Below are positions 22,552-31,500 of a DNA stretch of 64,000 nucleotides, piece by piece. A model generated the notes under the pieces. It worked only from the letters and a program-made list of their open reading frames with translations, did no database searches and had not been told where the DNA came from. Source of the DNA: Kiritimatiellia bacterium (GTDB lineage: Bacteria > Verrucomicrobiota > Kiritimatiellia > CAIQIC01 > JAGNIJ01); assembly GCA_018001225.1 (NCBI GenBank), contig JAGNIJ010000017.1, forward strand, positions 10,688 through 74,687. Direction: 5' to 3'. The translations under genes were made by a program, and so were the position numbers. The stretch's first letter is position 1. Every line of letters begins with the position of its first letter.

Positions 22552-25500
22552 ATGACCGTTATGAAAAAACAAGAAGCTCGTCGTTCCCGGGATCGCTGGT
22601 TGACGTGGCGCCTGGTGCCGGTCGTGCTGTTCTGCGCCGCCGGCCTGGTGACGGCCCTCGAATCCCCCGGCCCGCGCCCGGAACAGGTCTTCTCCATCCT
22701 GCAGCTCCGGGTCGAGGACGGCCGGGTGTGGTTGTCCGCCGAAAATACCCCGCTGCGCGACATCCTCCGGGAACTTGGCGCGCAGAGCGGCGTCCGCCTC
22801 CAGGTCGACCCGGCGCTTGACGCGCCCGTCACCCTCGCGCTCGAAGGCGTCAGTCTCGAGGACGCGCTGAAGGCGCTCTCCGCCAGCCGCGCGCTCGTGT
22901 ACGAGAAGGACGGGGACGGCTACCGCCTCGCGGCCGCGACCGTGACGGCGCAGGAAGAGGCGGCCCCCGCGGCGCCGGCCGCGGAGGCGGAGAAACCCGC
23001 GCGGGCCGCGCTGCCCCGGGGCATGCTGACCAACGCCGGCCGGTCGCCGGATGAACTCATGCGGCGCGGTGCCGCGGCGATCCTGCTCCAGAACGCCCTG
23101 ATCGACACCGAGGCGGCCGCGGCCGGCCGCGGGCTCGAGGTGCCGGAGGCGTTCCGCGCCCCGGCGGACACGGAATACCACATCGTGCAGTTCGACGGGC
23201 CCGCTTCCGACGCGCAGCGCGAGGCCCTCGAAGAAGCCGGCGCGCTGGTCAGCCACTACGTCCCGCGCTCGGCCTTCGCGGTCCACGCGGACGCGGCGGC
23301 GATGGCCGCGGTGAAGGCCCTGCCCGGCGTGACGCACGTCGAGCCGTACCATCCCTATTTCAAGATGAGCGGCGAGGTGCTGGATTATCTCGTTCACGGC
23401 GAGGAGCAGGCCCTGGCGAACCCGAAGTTCCACGAGGGCGAGTTCAACGTCGTGCTCTTCCGGGGCGTGGAGGACGCGAAGGCGATCGAGGCCGCCGGCC
23501 TGGAGATCGTGCGCGAGCAGTCGGCGGGCGGGCGCGAGGTCCTGACCGTGCGCGGCGACGCGGACAAGCTGACCGACCTGGTGCAGCTCGACGCCGTGCA
23601 GTGGGTCGAGGCCTCCCCGGTGCGCAAGCCGATGAACGACCTGGGCACCGAGCGGATCCGCGCCAAGTCCCTCAAGGCCCTGCACCCGACGCTGACGGGC
23701 GCGGGCGTGATCGTCGGGATCACGGACTCCGGCATCGACTTCATCAACCCCGGCTTCGCCGTGGACCCCACGCAGGCCACGAGCACGAACCTGAACACCC
23801 GCATCGTGTACTACGACCAGCGGCCGAGCGTCACGTCGGACGGCTTCCCGGGCGACAACAACGGCCACGGCACGCACGTCGCGGGCAGCATCCTGGGCAA
23901 CGGGGCGCTCTCCGAGACCGTGCTGAAGGCGGCGGGCTCCGGGACGGGCGAGGGACCTTACAGCACGAATTACTTCGCCGGCGCCGCGCCCGGCGCGCGC
24001 GTGGTGATGATCGAGGACTTCAACAGCTTCACGGACGAGGAGCAGGCCGAGATTTCCTACAACAAGGGCGCCCGGCTCTCGAACAACAGTTGGGGCAACT
24101 CAGTCAACTACTATGGATCAATGTCTATGCTGTGGGACGAACTGGTCCGGGACGCCGTGCCCGGCACGGCGGGCAACCAGGAGTACATCGTCTTTTTCGC
24201 GGCGGGCAACGACGGCGGGGGCAATAACGATGGAACGGGCGGCGAGGCGGAGACCATCGGCCAACCCGGCAACGCCAAGAACGTCATCACCGTCGGCGCC
24301 GTGGAGCAGAAGCGCCTAGCTAACAACCTGCTTAACTACGAGTCCGACAAGGAAACGGATACGGATTGGCAGGTTGCTGGTTTTAGTTCTCGGGGACCGG
24401 TTCTTTATGCAGAAGGATTCGATCGTCGTATCAAGCCTGACATCATGGCGCCCGGTGCCTACGTGCTATCCGTGCAGTCTCGCGAAACGATGCCGGACTT
24501 CATTGAACTAGAAGGCACGGTCCACCGCGACTACCGCTATGGCAACATTGACTCGGGAACGAACTTCGCGTTCTTCAGCGGCACCTCGATGGCTACGCCT
24601 CTGACCGCGGGCGGTGGTGCGCTGATGTTTGAGTACTACACGAATACCTTCGGCAAGGCCCCGAGCCCCGCGATGATGAAGGCCATGATGGTCGGCGGAG
24701 CGCGGATGCTGAATTCGATCGTTTACAAGAACGCGTACGACGTCGGCCTTGTCGAACTCGTGGACCAGGGGTGGGGCCTGCTCGACGTCGTGCGTTCGGT
24801 GAACGGGCCACGCATTCAACCCACAGACGAGATCATCCTGCTGGATCAGGACCAGACGACGCCGCTGTCGGCCGGCCAGTTCTTCACCCGCCAGGTCAAG
24901 ATCAACGCGGGCGAGGGCGGCCTGAAGGTGGCCCTGGCGTGGACCGACCCGGCGGGTACGCCGGGCCTTGGCGTACAACTGGTTAACGACTTGGATCTCT
25001 ATGTCCAGGCCCCGGGCGGCGGCGGCTACATCGCAGGCAATTTCGAACTGGACGGCGCCCATTCGCGGCGGTTTGAGGCCATCGATCCGGAAATGGGTGA
25101 CGAGTACAACAATGTCGAAACGATTGTGATCCCCACGCCGACGCCGGGCACCTATACCATTCAGGTTTATGGGTATGCCGTGCCGCAAGGTCCGCAGGAC
25201 TTTGCGCTGTCCATCATGAAGGGTATCGGCATGGAAAGCCGTAATCCCGGCGACAGTCCCGACGTGGCCATGAGCGGGGATGATCGCCCCGTGATTGCCT
25301 ATTCCACGACGGCGAATGGATTGCGCCAGGTGTATACGAAGCGGTGGATCGGAGAGGTGGGAGATATTTCGGATATTGGCAAGTGGAAGCACATGGATGG
25401 CCAATGGTTCGAGGTAGGGTCTTCGGCCAGCGGCGGCGGCGTCAGCAAGACGTTGGCGGCTTCCGAGCAGCCTTCCGTCGCGGCTTCGGGAACCAACATC

Positions 25501-28500
25501 TTTGTCGCCTGGGCGGAACAGGCCTTGGCACCTTTCAACAAGAGTCGTATTTACTTCCGCCAGTACAATGGCAGTTCGTGGATTGAACTGGGCAGTTCCG
25601 CCAACGACTTCGGAGTGAGCGGGGAGAGCGAATTTGACGCCACGAAGCCGGTCGTGGCGGTGATGTCTGACGGGCGGCCGGTGGTGGCGTGGAAGCGGAC
25701 GCATTCGGTCAGCACGGGCCAGCGCGTGTTCGTCGCGAAGTGGAGCGGGACGAACTGGATCGGCCTGGCGTATTCGCACACCAACGGCATCGCCTACGAC
25801 GGCAACTACCGGCTGGTGGACGACCTGGACATGGTCGTCGACAGTTCCGGGATGCCGGTGGTCTCGTGGGCGGACACGACGCTGCAGCGGATCGTCACGC
25901 GGCGGTGGAACGGCTCGTCGTGGTCGACGCTGCCGAACCAGGGCAACACCTTCGTGCAGTACCCGAAGCTGGCCGCCGGGACCGGCGGCTCGATCTACCT
26001 GACCTGGGTCGAGACCTACGGGTCGGACCCGCTGCCGTACCTCTCGCAGCAGGTGTACGCGTCCCGCTACTCGGGCGGGAGCTGGAGCGCGATCAGCGGC
26101 TCGACGACCTTCCCCGGCATCAGCGCGGCGACCAGCGGCATCCCGCGGCGGCCGTCCATCGCGGTCTCGCCCGCGGGCACGGTGTTCGTCACGTGGGCGG
26201 GCGGGACGAACCTGCTGAATTCGGTCTATGTCAAGCGGGCGCAGGGCGGGGGCTGGGTCGGCGTCGCGGGCGCCGGCGAGCCGCCGGGCGTGGCGCTGGT
26301 CGGCGGCGTGTCCTTCACGCCGGTGTCGGTCACCGACAGCAAGGGCGTGCCGATCGTCGTGTACGAGAACACGGGCAGCGGCGAGAGCGAAGTGCTGGGC
26401 TTCAAGCTCGTCGCGGACACCGCGCCGCCGATCTTCGGCGGCCTGCTGACCGCCGAGGGGGGGACCAACAACAACGTGGCCCTCGGCTGGAACGCCGGGG
26501 CGGACAATTTCTCCACCAACATCTACTACCACATCTACCGCGGCACGAACGCGTGGGACTGCTGGGAAACGCCCATGTGCCCGGCGGGCGAGGTGTTCGG
26601 CAACCTGATCGCCGTGGTCACCAATACCACCGCGTTCACCGTGACGAATCTCACCAACTACAAGACCTACTGCTTCGGCGTCCGCGCCATGGACGACAGC
26701 GGGTTCATGGACAGCAACACCGTCACCCGGTCCGCCGGCCCGACGCAGCCCGGCGTGGACTGCCTGGACCTCGACTCCGACAGCGACGGCATGCCGGACC
26801 ACTGGGAGATCCTGCACGGGTTCGACCCGTTCAACCCGGCGGACGCGGCCCTCGACGCGGACGGCGACGGCCTGACCAACCTCGAGGAGTACGTCCTCGG
26901 CACGCACCCGCGGCACGTGGACAGCGACGGGGACGGCCTGACGGACGGCGCCGAGGTGCTGACGCACCAGACCGACCCGACGAAGGCGGACAGCGACGGG
27001 GACGGCCTGGACGACGGGTTCGAACTCGCGATCGGCACTGATCCGCGCAGCGCGGACTCCAACGCCAACGGCGTGAGCGACGGCGACATCTTCCAACTCG
27101 GGTACGACACGCCGGCCGACGCGTGGACCAACCTGAACATCTACCTCGCGGAGACGTTCGAGACCTCCTCGCGCACGAACTGGGCGCACAGCGCGCCGAA
27201 CGCCTACCTGCCGCTCGACCTCTGGCACCTGTCCACGGCCGAGCCCGGCACGAACGCGGGCATCCGGTCGATGGACGACCACACGCCGTCGAACTCGTAC
27301 CGCCTGGCGTACGACCCGTCCGCGACGAACCCGGCGGCGACCTACAGCCGGGGCCAGCCGCTGATCTGCGCCCTGGACAGCCCGCGCGTGGACGCCCTGG
27401 GGACGGGCAACCTGTACGTGGCGTGGCGGGAGTTCTACGACACCGAGCCGATCAAGGACTTCATCACCGTCCAGGCGCGCGGCGGCGGCAACACGAACTG
27501 GACCGTGGTGGCCGGGGCGCGTTCCGGCGAGAGCGGCGGGTGGTTCCGCCGCGTGGCGAATCTCGGGGCCTTCGCGGGCCAGAGCAACGTCCAGGTCCGC
27601 TTCCTGTTCACGGCCCAGAACGCGATCAACAACGACTTCAACGGCTGGTACGTGGACGACGTGATGATCTACCAGGGCGCGACGATCTTCGGCTGGGTGC
27701 GCGACATCAACGGCCGGCCGATCGTCGGCGCGACCGTCCGCGCGCTGGGGCGCGGCGGCGTGACGAACGTCGTGCAGGGCCACCCGACCATCCCGGCGCC
27801 GAAGATCTTCGGCGAGGCGGCGACGGCGGAGGACGGCAGCTACATGATCGCCGGGATCCCGCTGGGCCGCTACTACCTCAAGGCGGATGAGCCCAGCCAC
27901 CGGGCCGAGTTCTGGAACGGCGCCCTGTTCACCGCGCCGTACAGCTTCGGCAGCGGGTTGAATCCGGGCGTGTACAACCTCGACCAGGTCGGCGCGGGCG
28001 GGTACATCGACGTGCGCACGAACGGCGCGGTCCAGGAGGCCCACTTCGAGCTCGAGCGCGGGGAAAACCAGAGCTTCCTGGGCGTTTCGCACACGGCCTC
28101 GGCCGCCGGGCTGCCGGTGATCGTGGACTACACGGCCGCGACGCTGTGGAACGGCTCCACCTCGGCCCCGGCCCTGGTGGCCTACAGCACGACGAACGTC
28201 TTCCCGCGGCCGAAGCTCTATCCCGACTGGCTGACCAACGCCGTGAAGGCCGAGCTGTTCGCCGCGGCGTCGCCGGGCGAGCACCGCGTCGGCATGGGCG
28301 CGGGCCTGTGGCGGATGGCGCAGCCCGCCGTCGAGACGCGCGAGGGCGAGGTGGTCCAGGTGGACCTGCGGACCAACGCCGCGCAGGGCTATCTCTACGT
28401 GGCCTCGCTGGACGGCATGAGCTATCCCGTCTGGCTGAACGGCCTCAACACCGGCAGCAACACGCCGGCGCGCCTGTATGTCCAGGCCGGGACGCACCTG

Positions 28501-31500
28501 GTGCAACTCGCGCCGACCAACGGCTACAAGGGCTTCGCGCCGCAACTCATCACCGCGCCGATCGGCAACCGGCTGAACGTCAGCTTCACGGAGGAGGAGC
28601 TGACCGACACGCCCGGCGCCCTGATGGTGGACGCCCGCGACGCGTTCGGCAACGTGGTCAGCGGCGCGCAGGTCGTGGTCAACGGGCGGGTGGCGCAGAT
28701 CGGGGACGTGGCGGCCGGCGGGACCAACGTCACGCCGACGGTCCTGACCTCCCTGCGGCCGGGCCCGCACCGCGTGTCCGTGCTCATGGACGGGTTCCGG
28801 CGCTCCGCGGCGCGCGTCATCGACCTGGAGGCCGGCTATACCAACTACACGCAGTTCGCGCTGTACCAGGCGGACCAGGATGCCGACAACGTGGGCGACT
28901 ATTCCGAAATCCAGGGGTACACGAACATCTTCCTCTTCACCGGCGAGGACGATCCGGACGGCGACACGCTGATCAACCGGCTCGAGTACGACCTGTTCCG
29001 GCTGTTCGGCATCCGGCTGAACATCTTCAACCGGGACACCGACGCGGACGCCATGCCCGACGGCGAGGAAGTGGGGTACAAGGGCTGGGCCTCGTCCAAC
29101 GGGTTCCTGACCTACGCCTGGTCCGTGCTCTACACCAATGCCGTGCAGAACACGGAAACCGTGGAGGCCCTCTTCGTGGGCCGGTACCTGGACGGCATCA
29201 GCGCCTTCGGGTCCGGGACCAACGCGGTCAGCATCGAGGGCGACCGGTTCGAGCCGAAGACCATCGCGCATACCGCGCCGCTCGTGCCGACCAAGACCAA
29301 CGCGGTCACCGTGTTCGGCGGCATCCCGACCGCCGGCGTCCACCGCGCCGTGATCGAGGGGCATCCCTCCGGCACGCCGATCTTCGCGGACACCCGGCCG
29401 GACGTGCAGGATACCAGCGGCGACGGCATGTGGGACGGGTTCAAGTGGAAGTACCGCTGGATGACCAACGCCGTGGGCGAGGTCACCCGCATCCTCGACC
29501 CGATCGAGTACGGCGGCAACGACGACGACCCCGACTGGGACGGGCTGAACAACTACCTCGAGTTTCTCGGGCCCGACGCCCTGGCCAACACCAACGATTG
29601 GACCAACCCGGGCCGCAGCGACACGGACAACGACGGGTTGCCGGACGGCTGGGAGTACTTCTACGGGCTCGACCCGAACGACCCGTCTGACGCCTGGCTC
29701 GACCCGGACGACGACGACCTGCCGAACTACATCGAGTACCTCGTCGGCAGCAATCCGTTCCTGGCGGACACCGACGCGGACGGCTTGAACGACGGCAAGG
29801 AGGTCTTCGTCTACGGGTCCGACCCGACGAACCCGGACACGGATTACGACAGCCTGCTTGACGGCCTGGAGGCCCAGCTCGGCACCAGTCCCACCGCCTG
29901 GGACACGGACGGCGACGGCATGCCCGATGGATTCGAAGTCCTGGATGCCCTGGGCAACCTGCGCGATCCGAGCCAGAGGCTGAACCCGCTCGACCCGACG
30001 GATGGCGATGACGATTACGACCACGACGGCCTGACGAACTACGAGGAGTACCTCGTCCGCGATGGCCTCATCGGCAACATGCCGGACGACGCCCTGTGGG
30101 ACTACTGGTCCGATCCGTTCAATCCCGACAGCGACGGCGACGGCATGCCGGACGGCTGGGAGGTCTGGTACGGCTTGCACCCGATGGACCCGGTCGGAAC
30201 CCGCGTGGAAGGCGAGAGCGTGACGCGCTACTCGGTCCTGGCCACCGGCGGGGATCCCGACAGCGACGGTCTGTGGAACCTGCGCGAGTACAACATCCGG
30301 TTCCGTTTCGACGCCGGCGCCGACCCGTACCAGGTCCATGGCGTGAGCACCGATCCGCACAACCCGGACACCGACAACGACGGACTGGGCGACGGCGAGG
30401 AAGACCGCGCCCTGCGCGCGCACCCGCTGAAGCAGGACACCGACGGCGACTGGCTGCTCGACGGCGTGGCCGTCACCACCAAGTGGGGCGAGGTGGAGTC
30501 CACACTGCGCAAGAGCGAGTTCGCCGTGATCCCGTTCGCGGGGACGTGGGCGGGCGCGCTGCAGGATTGCGCGACGAACCCGCTGGCGGTCCGGCACCCG
30601 ATCTACACGAACATCGTCGGGCACCTGGCCGTGCCCAATGACCTGCTGGGCGAGGAGAATGCCGCGATCATGGCGCTGTTGGGTGGCGGCGAGGTGGACA
30701 TCGCCTTGGGCGGCCTGGTGGCGGACGACACGCTGGGGACGATCAGCTGGGTTACCGGTGAGGCGTGGCTGTTCCCGAACTACGGCCTGGGCGAGCCCCT
30801 GACCAAGCCGGGCGTGCTGGGCATGAATGCCGCCGACGGTAAATGGAAGGGGCGAGGCGAGGCGGACCTGTTCGACCATTACGCGGTCGAATGGGAGCTG
30901 GTGCCCCAGGTGACCAACCACTACGACGAGGCGTTGAACGACCTCTGGCAATTGCTGTGGCCCGGCACCTCGGACTTCCCGTACTGGAAGAAGATCAATG
31001 TCTCCGAGGATACCTACATCCCGCCGGCGCGGTGGGGAGCGGCGATGACGTACATCCCGGTGTACGAGACCAAGAATCCCAAGAACGATACCGGCACCAT
31101 CCTGATGGATAACCGCAAGCTCGTAGTCATCGGCGGCCGTGACGGCGTCGCCAAGCATCGCGACGTATGGGAATTCCTTGTCCGGTCCAACATGTGGGTG
31201 CGGAGCCCCGCGCCGCTGAATGCCTCGCCGATCCTCCAGGTGGACGGCATGTCCGAACTCTGTGCCGTGCCGATCTTCGAGACCAAGAACACCAAGCCGA
31301 AGACCTGCCCCTGTACCGACATGCCGTACGATTGCGACGGGGAGGGCTTCGGCCTGCCGAAGAACCGCCCGTGGGACGGGCACCGGAGTTTCGACTGGAC
31401 GTTCATCTTCGGCGGCTGGGACGACAAGAACCAGTACAAGTCCACGCCCCGGTTCTACAAATCCGGCGACAGCATGGACCCCGTGGTGGACACTGTCGCG